64,000 nt of DNA from positions 186,001 through 250,000 of the forward strand of contig NIVC01001176.1 in the NCBI GenBank assembly GCA_002269645.1, in the 5' to 3' direction. The position numbers and the translations under genes are program-made. Below the pieces are notes generated by a model, which was not told the origin of the DNA, ran no database searches, and saw only the letters and a program-made list of their open reading frames with translations. Source of the stretch: Macrostomum lignano (lineage: Eukaryota). Within the stretch, counting starts at the first letter, position 1, and each line of letters begins with the position of its first letter. Of this stretch, positions 33,281 to 45,133 are shown piece by piece.

Positions 33281-34390
33281 CCATTGTAAGTTAATGTCAG
33301 TGTTTGACCAGGACCAAGACTAGTTTCATTCTGATTTTCCTGACTGGGAACTCTTACCTGAGTCGCTTTGATTGTGCTATTATCACTCAAAATAGGCTTG
33401 TTTATTTTGTAGAAAACTGGTGTCAGTGGGTCGTTTATTTTTTTAACTAAAAGAAAATATAAAATAAGAAATGAAGCGAAATAATGCACAGCAGATATCT
33501 GAATTGGAGAAGCTAGCACAAGCAGAAAAGAGAGTTACCGGGCTAATCAATAAGGAGCAACAATCCTACAATGAGTTTGTCCTAGCAGCCACAGAGTTTC
33601 ATAAATCCGGGTATGGTGAAGCTAAGAAAAGTATTGATCAGGTCAAAGAAACTATTGATTGCGACATACAGGAAACCCAGGTGCAAAAGGCTTTGGGCAA
33701 AATTCCAGAGGCACCGCAGATACAGTCGCAACCACAACAGTCTAAATATACTAAATCTCTAATCCTATATACTAAAAATGAAAATCTTCACAACTAAAAG
33801 TGACATGTAACATTTTTGGACCAGCAGAACATGATGGGAAATATGTATTTGGAATAAGTATGTGGAGAAAAAACATTTATAATGAACCAGTGGAATATTA
33901 TATCGACATAAATAAGAATTTTTATTTGATCCAGCGTGCAAGAATGCTTTGGAAGTCGCCATATGCGTGCAGAAATGCAAGTGTCTAATAGCACCTTGAA
34001 TTTACATGTGCACTCCGTGCAGGAATGTCAATCGTGCAAGAATGTAATGCGCAATGTTTCTATATTTAGCATAACAGCCATAGACTGCAAGCACAATCTC
34101 CTTTCCATCGTGCAAGAATGTTCAGACTAGCTCGCGCATATTTTTTCTATGGTTCAAGTCTAACTCCACACCCCCAGCTCCATCCTTGTCTACTTTAGCC
34201 ACACATGTTGGATCAAATAAGAATGGGAATCAGGCACTTTGACTTGTGCGTCTATGGCAAAAACCCTCGGTTGGGAAACCTGTGTTTGGGAGAAGGGTTT
34301 GGTTTTCTATTGCACGCGCCCAGTAAAGAAATAGACAGAATGCTGAAAGAAATGAGAGTAGAATATTCTGTCAGTTTACATTGATAAAAA
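33281..34390. pseudogene. Fragments of a second, related Polinton (capsid N-terminus, 452-aa-protein homologue, PLA2 C-terminal module)
   Basis: 33281-33440(-) NDPLTPVFYKINKPILSD..SLGPGQTL; 33471-33760(+) MKR..QQISELEKLAQAEKRV; ~33820-33930 DGKYVFGIS.WRKNI; ~34270-34384 CLG.GF..LHAP.KE..R.LKE..VE. Confidence 0.9.
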
Positions 34391-37223
34391 ACTGAGAAAC
34401 AGAAGCCACAGATTATAGTTTTTTATGTGTAACAACTTTACGCTTCTGCTGCTCGACCGAAACCGTAATGGCTTCTAGTTCACCTATGGATGTCGATTGG
34501 CGTATAAACCTGTCTGGCGAAACAGCGCAACGGAGACTATGCGAGGTCTTATCTGAGACTTTAGCAGAAATCAAGGATCCAGTTAGAGCTGCGGAGAAAA
34601 GACAAAAGATCGCCAGATTTTTCGGGCTCAACAAAGAGTCGCTGCAAATGGAAGTCCTCACTCTAACGCGGCGGCAGGAGGCCAGTGATCGCGTGGCCAG
34701 AGCGGCGAGGTAAGCGCAAAGAAGACTTCAAACAGAAGCTCATCGTCTCACGAATTCCCCAAGCGGATGTTGGGAAACCTGCCGATGATGATGGCGGTGA
34801 TGTGGTAGAGCGTCTGCAGTGCGCTCTGCTTCGTCTGAGAAGGTCGCAGAAGAGTGGTCTGTATCTGCGATCCAATGTGAAAAAATCTTGTTGACATTTT
34901 AAAGCCAGTAACAAAAACTACGGTAGGAAGGCACGAAAACAGCATTTTGACTCGATCTTCTTGATCGAGTAAACCTCAAGGTATTGTCAGCAAACTGGAA
35001 ATGTTTCAAAAGGGTTCAGCTGGAAAGTGAATACCCTGGTCTTAAGAAAGTCTCCCTGCCGCTTCGTGATTTGAACGCTAATATGTCGATGTTAATGTCA
35101 ATGTCAATATTTTACATGTATGTTAGTTCATTGAAACTATTTTTGACAGAATTGCGCTTATATAAAGTTAAAATTTCAAATGTTTACACAAAAGAGCTTA
35201 CACGAAATACATCGAAACAATCGAAACAAACAATCGAAACAAACAACACGAAACAATATCAACTTTTGCCTCAAACCCTAATTTTACACGAATGTGCTCC
35301 ATTTTATGTCTACCTCTATCCTACTAACATTAATTTGTTTGTGTATGGCCTTAGATTTCAGAATACATGCGAAAGTAGTTCCGCGGATTGGAATTCCCCG
35401 TGTTTCAAAATCTTGTTTCAACAAGAAATCTTGTTTCAAAGTTTCAACAGCTTGTAGATTACTATATACGTATTTCTCTGCCTAAAATCTTTTATTTTTT
35501 ATTGTAATTACTACGTAATGTACAGAAACTGCTGGGTTTTCAGATGTTTTGACGCAAAAAACGCAAATTATACTAATATCTGAAAATCAAGTAAGTAGTA
35601 TATGAAAACGATATCCTAAGCGTGATATACATGGCATACTTCAATATGTACTCGCATATGTACATTAATCCATGTACTCACATGTGTACATTAATTTCTA
35701 TCTATCTCAAATTGTATATGTACATTGACTACTTCTATGTCTACCTCAATTCTATATGTACATTGTCTACTTGTACAGTGCATACTTCTATATGTACACT
35801 TGCGCATTAATCTACTTCTATGACAATTTATATACGTACAGTGTATACATTAATCCCCAATCTACACGACGGCCTCCGCTCTGCGTATTTGAATCGTCAA
35901 CCCCACAAGATTATATGTACAATTCCAACTCGAAACCCTAATTTATGCGTGTACAGTTGTATATGCGCAGAGGTGGGTCGGTGCGCGCGCGCGATGTACA
36001 ATCCCATCTACTACCAAATGAGTCAACTAATTGTGTAGCTCACATCGTATATGTATAAACTATTTACAAGAAAGAAATATTTAAAATAAATCAGTAGCAT
36101 ATTACAGGAAGTAATTTATATACAACATCACCAGCGAATAGAATATACAAAAAAATTTACATTGCTTTTCAATAATTTTCTCTTCATAAATAACTTTAAA
36201 CAAGTCCGAGACGCAAAATATGTACAATAGATTTTTACATTGGCAATTTCGCCGCATACAATACAAAAATGCTTTATGTACATTTGACATGCAAAATATG
36301 TACAACAAATAGATTTATTTTACTCTAATAAATTTAACAATACAAAAATGTACATTTAATAGTCGGTCCACAAGGGCTACATTATTAATAACCATAAGGC
36401 CTGCTGTAGACCCCGTACACGCGTTTCGTCAGGACGCGCTGAAACGTCTTTTCCATACTAACAGTTTGTACGGTGCAAGACGCCTTGTCACGCCTAAATT
36501 GAAACTGTGGCAGCTGCAAAGAGCCATTGACCCCGCTTTGAATTTTAGGCTGTCAAAAATGTTTGATTGATGACCCTCTGATAACACAGATCCTGCAGCA
36601 GCAAACATTGTAAAATTAAGAAAACCCCCTATCAGCAAGTGTCTCCATTGTGCCTCCTTGACACCTAGCAACAATACCATGCAGCCGCTTTTGGATTTTA
36701 AAGCTGTCATAAATGTCTGATTAATAACCCTCACTGTAGCACCCAAGTTTTATTGCTGCCAAACTCCTACTATCAATTACTGTGGTGATTACATCATGTT
36801 GAGCCTAAAAATCGGGGTTGATTTTATCACTGCCTCCTGCCTGCCCGCTGAGTCACGTTTACGCCCACCGCAGGATTGCTGTTTTTGCTTCTCTCTTGTT
36901 CAAGGATTAGTCGTATAGCCCCCTTGGAATTTTATGACTATTCTCTACAGGCATTATCCAACTATACAATCTTCTCTATACGCTCGTACTGCTGCGGATA
37001 TTCCCCAAAACTCTGATATTTCAATAGGCCTGAATTGAGAAATCCAAATAATCCAGTATATTCAAATAAATCCAGCTGCTACTGCTTCTGCTGCGATTGC
37101 GGCTGTGACTGCTGGTGCTGATACTCCTGTAATCTCCTTTATATAACCCAGGAAGAGGATGCCGCAAACAGAGAGCGCGCGGTGTGCATTATTTCTCTTT
37201 CCCCTGTACTGCATTTGCAAATT

Positions 37224-37277
37224 AGTGTACAATTGTACACTCAGACCCCAACTTGGTATAGAAAAGTTGGGGTCTGA
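37224..37277. promoter_or_regulatory. Palindrome plus hairpin at the centre of a putative bidirectional promoter (copy 1)
   Basis: AGTGTACAATTGTACACT palindrome abutting TCAGACCCCAACTT-9nt-AAGTTGGGGTCTGA; TATA-like motifs ~100-150 bp away on each strand. Confidence 0.6.
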
Positions 37278-37514
37278 AAATACCCCATCATTTTCGTTCT
37301 CGCACAGATTGTAATTGGATCTGAGTGCATCTAGCCAACCGGTAGTGTTGTAGGAACAAAAAATGCAGACCGCAGCCTCACCTCCTCAGAGTACAGTCGC
37401 TTTCGCGGGTATATAGAGGACCACGCTGGAGCTGAGAAATTTTTCAGAATTCTCGCTCCGACACTCAGCATCAGCAGCATCAGTCGCTCTCTTTCTCCGT
37501 GAAACTCTGTTAAA

Positions 37515-37854
37515 ATGTCTATTCCACTTGTTGAAAATTACGTGCTGCGCAAGCCTACATTCGATACTGATCGAGAACTGATTGAGATTCGGCGACAAGA
37601 AAGGCAAGTATAAGAAAGGTTTCCCCGGCGTGTTTCTAACTCGCATGGAGTGGCAGCAGCTCAAGCAGGCGCGCGGGATTATTGAGTCTCTGCGCATCCT
37701 CGACTGCTCTCGTCATGAACGGTTTCAGCTGGGCGAGGGCCGTAAGATCCTGGAAGTAAAAAACAGCCAGATTTGGCTGCATCGCAACAACCCGGCCGAC
37801 TCCGACAACGGATGCTGCGATGAGGGCGAGCGCTGGAAATACTCATTAAATTGT
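37515..37854 (+). pseudogene. PC4/Sub1-like protein, copy 1 (10-bp deletion, 3' end replaced by a LINE fragment)
   Basis: MSIPLVENYVLRKPTFDTDRELIEIRR..KKGKYKKGFPGVFLTRMEWQQLK; closely similar to 51392-51955. Confidence 0.65.
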
Positions 37855-38477
37855 TTCCATCACCAGCGACAGCCTGAGCGCCATCACGGCCCTGAGCGCT
37901 GGGCCGCTCAGACAAAGGGACCCCGTGGCAGCCGAATGCTGGCAGCTCACCCTGGACCTGGCCGAGCGCGGTACCAGGATCGGCTTCTGCTGGGTCCCTG
38001 CCCACTGCGGCATCACCGGCAACGAGGCGGCCGACCTGGCGGCGGCCCGGGCAGCTACTCTCGATCAAAGCCAGGTCCCGATCCAGGCGGACGCCGCCAG
38101 AGCGGCAGCCCGACGCAGCCGTCGCAACCTGGACGCCTAAGCAGTTCTGGAGCCCGCCCCTAGGCCTGTCGAGAAAACAGCAGGTCCTAATCAACCAACT
38201 GCGCGCGGGCGCCAGCATGATAGACAGCAAGACTCGCCACCGGCTCGGCATCGACGCGTCCCCTCTGTGCCCCGACTGCGGAGAGACGGACAGCGCCGAC
38301 CACGTCATCCTCCGCTGCCCAAGAGGCGACCGTCACCGAGCCCTTTGCGGCATCCCGGCCGAGACCTTGATGGAGAGTCCGGCCGCGGTTTTCGAGCTTC
38401 TGCGCAGTATGGGGCGCCTCTAGCGCCCCCGCCCCTATCGGTTTTCCGGCTCGGGCGCGCCCTGAAACAGAAGAAAA

Positions 38478-38508
<31 letters not shown>

Positions 38509-38520
38509 GCAGCAGCACCA
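37855..38520 (+). mobile_element. 3' fragment of a non-LTR retrotransposon (Ingi/I-like RNase H + Zn knuckle)
   Basis: SDSLSAITALSAGP, CWVPAHCGITGNEAAD, CPDCGETDSADHVILRCP, stop at 38423, then short UTR and (CAG/CAA)n tail. Confidence 0.8.
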
Positions 38521-39468
38521 ATGATGACGACTTCGTAGGCTGGTGCGGCGGCAGTTATTGCGGTAATAAGTTTGCCAGCCCAGCAACGGCTGTGGGCTAC
38601 TGGGGTCAAGCACTAAAGACTGGGAAGCTGCCATCGCAGCAGCCGCTGCCGTTACCGCCTCCGCAGCCGCCGCCGCCGCCGCCGCACCTATTGTCGAGTC
38701 GGACAACAGCAGCGGCCTGAAGCAGCAGAAGAAGAAAAGCAACGGATTGGAAATCAATCTAGCCCCGCCGCAGCTGAGCACGCCGACGACGACGAAGCAG
38801 CCTGCCAAAAATGTTTGCAACGTTGGTGCCGCGAAACAGATCTGGATGTGGTAAATATTATGACTGCTTGCTGAAAAACTTTTTAGCTAATTACATGCAG
38901 ATTCGAAAACTTTCAATGCATTATAGCCGGAAACTTTTTCACCCATTCCCCTTTCTAGCTAGCCGACTATTGTTTTGGCACTCCCTCTGAGGAGAGAGCT
39001 TATTACACGGTTGTGCAGGAGCGGCGTGAGCATGAGGCGGAGCTCCATGAGGAGGTCGCCGAAGAGCTAGATAGACTGTTCCCGGTTCGGGGCTTTGTTA
39101 ATATTGACAATTTAATGTTGTGTCTGCACGCATTTTTATTTTCATGCACCTTGTACATATCTTGTTTTTATCAAGTGTTGTGTCTGCACTCAACTTAATT
39201 ACATGCACCTCGTACTATATCTCAACTTTATTATTAAATGTTGTGTATGCACACATACTTTATCTATGCACCTCGTGTTAGTTTTCAAATAAATTGTTTT
39301 GTAAAATTTGGACTGTTAATTGAACATGGTGTTGAGTTTTTACCATTTTTTATTTCGAGTAATGATATTTAGAATGAATGCAAAACTATAACATTCTGTG
39401 TGTGTGTAAACACTGCGACTGATTCTAACCAAAAACTCACCAATTCCAGCTACATCAACCTCATCATC

Positions 39469-39990
39469 ATGGTTGCTTTAAAGGCGTCGCTGCTGACTGA
39501 AGGTGCTCGCCCGCCGGTCCGCCAGACGATCGGCTCTGTTGGCTATGATCTCTTTGCCTCTGAGGACGCTGTTGTCCGGGCCCGGTCGGTTGCGCAAGTG
39601 CGTCTCGGAATTTTAATCCAACCGCCTGATGGGACCTACGCTCGGATTGCCGGCCGGTCTGGGCTGGCGTTGCGCAAGTCAATACAAGTGGGCGCCGGCG
39701 TGATCGACCCTGACTATACTGGAGAATTGACTGTGGTGATATTTAATCATGGTAGTGCGGACTGGTTTATAACTCGGGGCTACGGTATCGCTCAATTAGT
39801 TTTGGAGCGTGTAATGATTGCTCCCGTAGTTGCAAGGGATCTCTATAGGGGGAATGGCGAAGAGGAGGAGGCTGCTTCCAGCAGCAACAACTCAACTCGG
39901 CTGGGGGGTTTGGGAGTACAGGCTATAATCAAGCCTCAACTTGTTGTTGTCCCCAGGCTGTTCTGTTCTCTGTTTCAACTATTGAAATGA
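39469..39990 (+). CDS. dut: Intronless dUTPase; motif 5 frameshifted
   Basis: GSVGYDL, RSG, GVIDPDYTGE, IAQL; a 1-nt deletion turns GGFGSTG into GGLGVQ near 39910. Confidence 0.93.
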   Translation: MVALKASLLTEGARPPVRQTIGSVGYDLFASEDAVVRARSVAQVRLGILIQPPDGTYARIAGRSGLALRKSIQVGAGVIDPDYTGELTVVIFNHGSADWFITRGYGIAQLVLERVMIAPVVARDLYRGNGEEEEAASSSNNSTRLGGLGVQAIIKPQLVVVPRLFCSLFQLLK

Positions 39991-41006
39991 AAATATACAT
40001 GATCTCCACTTTTCAAATGTAAAACTATGAATGCAATCTTTTTCAGTAAGAATCTTGACTCGAAACTCTACTAAAGGTAGTATAGTGTCAGTAATCAGAT
40101 ACATTTAGTTTTGAGTAATTGAACATATATATAGAAATATGCATATAGCGTGCTTTGTAAAACTTTAGGTTAATTGACTCATTTGGTAGTAGTAGATGAT
40201 GGGATTGTACAGCGCGCGCGCACCGACCCACCTCTGCGCATATACAACTGTACACGTAACAATAAGGGTTTCGAGGGGAATTGTACATATAATCTTGTGG
40301 GGTTGACGATTCAAATACGCAGAGCGGAGGCCGTCGTGTAGATTGGGGATTAATGTATACACTGTACATATAGAAATTGTCATAGAAGTAGATTAGTGCG
40401 CAAGTGTACATATAGAAGTATGTACTGTACAAGTAGACAGTGTAAATATAGAATCTGAGATAGATAGGAATTAATGTACATATGTGAGTACATGGGATTA
40501 ATGTACATATGCAAGTACATGGATTAATGTACATATACGAGTGGATATTGAAGTATACCATGTATATCACGCTTAGGATAGCGTTTTCATATACTACTTA
40601 CTTGATTTTCAGATAGTAGTATAATTTGCGTTTTTTGCGTCAAAACATCTAAAAACCCAACAGTTCCTGCACATTACGTAGTGTAATCTCACTTGAATTT
40701 TTTTATATTTTCTCTTTCCAAATCACTTACATTAAGTGATTTTCGAAGCCAGAAAGTGTCCACAGATGACATTTGCATGCGCTAATACATTTACTTATAG
40801 TGGTTAAAATGCGCATGAACTCAGTATTAATTCTTGTTGTAGGGGAAATGTGGACTCTGCTGCAGAAATTTCCGTGGGAAAACCACGGGCCTATAGTGTG
40901 TTAACATTGGTGGACCTGCAAAATTGACAACAATACACTACAAGGCTTTTGTTTCAGTGTTGCATGCTAAATAAATGTAAATATTTTTTTAATTTTCCCG
41001 TAAATC

Positions 41007-41350
41007 ATGTCTTCTATCTCTCTATACGAAAACTTTGTGGCGCGGAAGCCCACATTAGAAACCGAGCACGACTTAATTGAGATTCGAAGGCTCCACACAG
41101 ACGAGGCCGGAGTGTGGAAGGACGGCTTCCCTGCAATCTACTTGAGCGAACCAGAGTGGAAGAAGCTCGAGGGTGCGCGCCCTGACCTGGAGGCTGCTGC
41201 ACGTCTTCACGTGGACAAGTGGGTCGTGCAGGGCAATTTCAAGGCAGTCGAAGCTTCGCGAGGACGGCGGCTACACAATCGAGTTTACGCCTGAACTGTG
41301 GCGCAGGATGTTTGCCTCCCGTTTGGACAAGCTCTTTAAGCCTGCTCTCG
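41007..41350 (+). pseudogene. Divergent PC4/Sub1-like paralogue
   Basis: ENFVARKPTLETEHDLIEIRRLHTDEAGVWKDGFPAIYLSEPEWKKL; frameshifted continuation ..GYTIEFTPELWRRM. Confidence 0.6.
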
Positions 41351-41876
41351 CGCTCCGCCACCTATTAAGCGAGCCAAGACTGAGCCTGGCGCTCTTGATG
41401 CCCCTCTAATTGCCAAGACTGGGGGAACAATCTGCAGGACGTTCTCGAGGTTGTGGCCTCAAACCCTACCCATCCCCGCCCTGGGAAAATCTGTTTGACC
41501 ACATCACCTGCTGGGTTTGCCTATGTAACTAATCTGTCCCCTCTCGAGAGAGGTAAACCCATCCTAGCTCTGATACTATACTCTCTATCTCTCTTTATCT
41601 CTCTCTCTCTCTCTCTAAATTAACCTAAATTATTATGATTTACGTTTAGATTATATGCCAATATATATGTTTTTACAATGTGTTTTGCCTACTTTGTGTA
41701 AATATTTATATAAGCAATTTCACCTATTATAAGTAGTTTTCACTAGCCTAATTTTGTGTTAATACGTATCGATGGCTACATATCAGGCATATCAGGGCAG
41801 ATACATATCGGGAGGGTGCGCCAGCGGCATACACATCTATCTATCTATCTATTTATATCTCTCTATCAGATCTTAG

Positions 41877-42082
41877 CATGGGCGTAGCCAGGAATTTCCT
41901 ACGGGGGGGATACACCAAGGTGAATTTTATATGGGGGGGGGGGGATACACCAAGGTAAAAGTGCTATGACAGAGTCACATAGTAGCATGTATGGCAACAA
42001 AAGGCAACAAAAAAGTTTTGGTCAGGCTCTTCGGGGGGGGGATACATGATACATCCCCCCTATCCCCCTCCCTACGCCCCTG
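41877..42082. mobile_element. hAT-type MITE
   Basis: CATGGGCGTAG / CTACGCCCCTG termini; perfect 8-bp TSD GATCTTAG. Confidence 0.85.
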
Positions 42083-42686
42083 GATCTTAGATCTATCTAT
42101 CTATCTAACCCTACACCTTAAACCTTTATTTCAGTGAGCCTTAACCGCCGACGCCGCCGGCTCGGCACGGAAATCGGACAATGGGGATGCAATTTTTTGT
42201 ATTATAGCCGTCGCAGCTGCGGCCGCAGGTGCAGGTTATTTACTCCGCTGCAATCTCCAAATGAATTTTTCATTTGGACAAGTTTGAAATTACGTTAATT
42301 AGTTAGGAGATATATTAGCAGAGGCAGCAGCAGGCTCAATGAATACGAGGGCTACTAGAAGGCGCGGCAAGACGGCTGCTACGGGCGCCGCCGCTTCCGA
42401 TTCTGGTGCGCCGTCTTCCGCACAGCTGGTGCACCCCAGCTACACACTGTGAGTTTCCTGAGAGAACCTGCGTCGGTCCTCTCAGGAAATCTCTTTGAGA
42501 ATTTGACGTCTGCTGCCGACCCAGCCACAAATTGGACAAAGGAGGTAAGAGAGTAAAATTCGAAATTCGCAGAATACTGACATATACTACGTAACTAAAT
42601 ATTCACACGTATGGAACGTAGGTAAATTACACTGTAGCAAAATTCACTATGCTTCAAATATCCCGCGCACAATCACTACACACAGG

Positions 42687-43547
42687 CTGCTTCGCCGACT
42701 CTAGGCGCCAACAGGCCTGCCGGTTCGCCCGGCTCGGGAGTTGGAGTTGGTAGTGCAGAAGACGCATCAACCGTGCCTAAGGGCTCTAGCGACGTAAGAG
42801 ACTGAAACTGGATATTTGCCAAATAGTCAAATTAACAACGTATTGAAATTTTCACACGTCTGGAACGTATGTAAATTACAGTATAGCAAAATTCAAAATG
42901 CCTTAAAAATAAAACCCTGAGGTATAGACAACTTTTGCGATGTTCCCAAATCCAAACTTGTAAAATGCCGCCTACATTCAAAACACACAGGCTACCTCCC
43001 GTGCCAGAGGAAAGCGCGCAAAAACGAAAACCGCTGCCGGCGCCACCTCCGCTGCCGCCACCTCCGCTGCCGCCGCCTCAACCGCTGCCGCCACCTCCGC
43101 TGACGCCCGGGCTGCGACGCCCATTAGCGCCGCCTCGGAGTCCGGTGCGCGCGGCACCAAGGTTGGTGCTACTGCTTCGCCGACTCTAGGCGCCAACAGG
43201 CCTGCCGGTGCGCCCGGCTCGGGAGTTGGAGTTGGTAGTGCAGAAGACGCATCAACCGTGCCTAAGGGCTCTAGCGACGTAAGAGACTGAAACTGGATAT
43301 TTGCCAAATAGTCAAATTAACAACGTATTGAAATTTTCACACGTCTGGAACGTATGTAAATTACAGTATAGCAAAATTCAAAATGCCTTAAAAATAAAAC
43401 CCTGAGGTATAGACAACTTTTGCGATGTTCCCAAATCCAACTTGTAAAATGCCGCCTACATTCAAAACACACAGGCTACCTCCCGTGCCAGAGGAAAGGG
43501 CGCAAAAACGAAAACCGCTGCCGGCGCCACCTCCGCTGCCGCCACCT
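42687..43547 (+). repeat. 485-bp tandem duplication (~1.8 copies; a third partial copy at ~44758-44829)
   Basis: CTGCTTCGCCGACTCTAGG at 42687 and 43172; shared AT-rich block and MPPTFKTHRLPPVPEE start. Confidence 0.9.
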
Positions 43548-44003
43548 GGTGACGCCACCACGGCTGACGACACCTCGTCTCAGGCCACCGTCCCAGCTGT
43601 CGCCACCACCTCTAAGTCCACCTCCACCTCTGCCACGGAGGAACGCATGCAGCTTCGCAAGCGTTCGGGCTCCGACTCGGCGCCGAATCTACTGGAGCGC
43701 AAAAGGAGGCGTCAAATACCGCAGAAGGGAAACGAGAACAAAAGCAACAGCGAAGCCGATCCGGGTGAACTTCTGCAGCGGGTGCTACGCAGCTGCACAA
43801 CGGCACAGGGGTCGGGCGACTCCGAGACTACAACATCCAAAGTCTCGGGAATGTCGAAGGTGTCGGAAGTAGCCGAAGAACTCGTCGGCCAAGAAATTCT
43901 GCAATTCATCCGAAATGTAGGCCAGCCTACAGCCGGGACGCAAAGGCGGCAACGGTACAAGGAGAATGAGGAGACTGTGCAACCGATTGGCCGGAGGCTT
44001 TGA
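43449..44003 (+). CDS. Low-complexity Pro/Ser/Thr-rich ORF with basic NLS-like stretch, unknown
   Basis: 184-aa open frame after TAAAATG; RKRRRQ; a truncated duplicate start at ~42964. Confidence 0.35.
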   Translation: MPPTFKTHRLPPVPEERAQKRKPLPAPPPLPPPGDATTADDTSSQATVPAVATTSKSTSTSATEERMQLRKRSGSDSAPNLLERKRRRQIPQKGNENKSNSEADPGELLQRVLRSCTTAQGSGDSETTTSKVSGMSKVSEVAEELVGQEILQFIRNVGQPTAGTQRRQRYKENEETVQPIGRRL

Positions 44004-44471
44004 CTCTGTGTACTTGTAGCAGAGATGAGAGGAGAAAGGAGAGACAAGAGGAGAGGAGAGGAGAGTTGAGAGGAGAGATGAGAGAAGAGAGTAGAGGATA
44101 TGAAAGGAGAAATGAGACGAGAGGTGAGAGAAAAGATGAGGGATGAGAGGAGAGGAAATGACAGGAAAGATGAGAGAAGAGATGAGAAATGAGAAGAGAC
44201 TTACTTTGTGCATTTCTTTTTACCTTTGCTTTTGTAAGTCCTTGTAGAGCCGTGTAAATTTCGCTTAATGTTCTCTTATTTTCTTCACAACATTAATGTA
44301 ACACGAATTAAGTGCGTTATATGCATTTTAACCATTTGCTTTGCATTTTAATTCTTTTTCCGTGGAAAAAATACAAACACGGAGCAACCACTTTGTTTTG
44401 GAACTTCTTTGTGAGCAGTAAAAAGAAACGACTCAATCCAAGTTGACCCTTTTGTCCATTATTTACCGACA

Positions 44472-44712
44472 GTTTTTACTACTCTAGAATTGACTACTCA
44501 CAGTGTGTAGCATATTGTAAAGTGTAGTCAAATGTTTTTTACTACTCTCTGGAATTGACAACTCATAGTGTGTAGCAAATTCTAAAGTGTAGTCAAATGT
44601 TTTTTTACTACTCTCTGGAATTGACTACTCATAGTGTGTAGCAAATTCTAAGGTGTAGTCAAATGTTTTTTACTACTCTCTAGAATTGACTACTCACAGT
44701 GTGTAGCAAATT
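44472..44712 (+). repeat. 65-bp tandem repeat (~3.7 copies)
   Basis: GAATTGAC at ~44487, 44552, 44618, 44683; units rich in ACTACT / GTGTAG. Confidence 0.88.
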
Positions 44713-45133
44713 GTAGTGTGTAGCATCTAGCATGCGGAAGAAGTCCAGCCATATCTAGAGAGACTGAAACTGGATATTTGCCAAATAGTCAAATTAACAA
44801 CGTATTGAAATTTTCACACGTCTGGAACGGAATGGAACTATCTTTAAATACCCTTCGCTCAGCACTTTTCCATACACACTAAGACTATTGAAATTACAAT
44901 TGGTTTTAAGTTTGTCATATTATATGACAATATAGCCATGGGTCGTTCTCAAAGCTAGGTCAAGAATTTTTGTTATTGAAAAAAACTTTTTTAAATAGTC
45001 AATAATCACATAAAAGTGTTTTTTTCAACAAAATCTTTAGGAAACTGCTATTAAAACCACGAAAAAACAGAAATATTGAACGTTTTTAATTTTCAATTAA
45101 CAGTAGGAATACAAAGCCATTTTTCCGCCCGTC

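Larger units (their letters stand above)
35509..40683. mobile_element. 5.2-kb element with ~520-bp TIRs, (C/T)ACTAC...GTAGTG termini and TAAT flanks (CMC/CACTA/Chapaev-like or virus-like), no transposase
   Basis: 35509-36030 is the reverse complement of ~40170-40683 with some substitutions and indels; TAAT at 35505-35508 and 40684-40687. Confidence 0.7.

Noticed and set aside
33281-33286. CCATTG matching the Polinton TSD
   Set aside because: It is simply the antisense of capsid codons (AAT GGA); a chance 6-mer.
35622-36038. Tyr/Ile/Cys-rich ORFs here and at 40088-40570
   Set aside because: They lie within the AT-rich TIRs with TACA-type microrepeats; indels between the two copies do not preserve frame.
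36430-36480. NSLYG peptide as polymerase B motif B
   Set aside because: Lys spacing is wrong (K-x5-N rather than K-x3-N) and no motif A or C is nearby.
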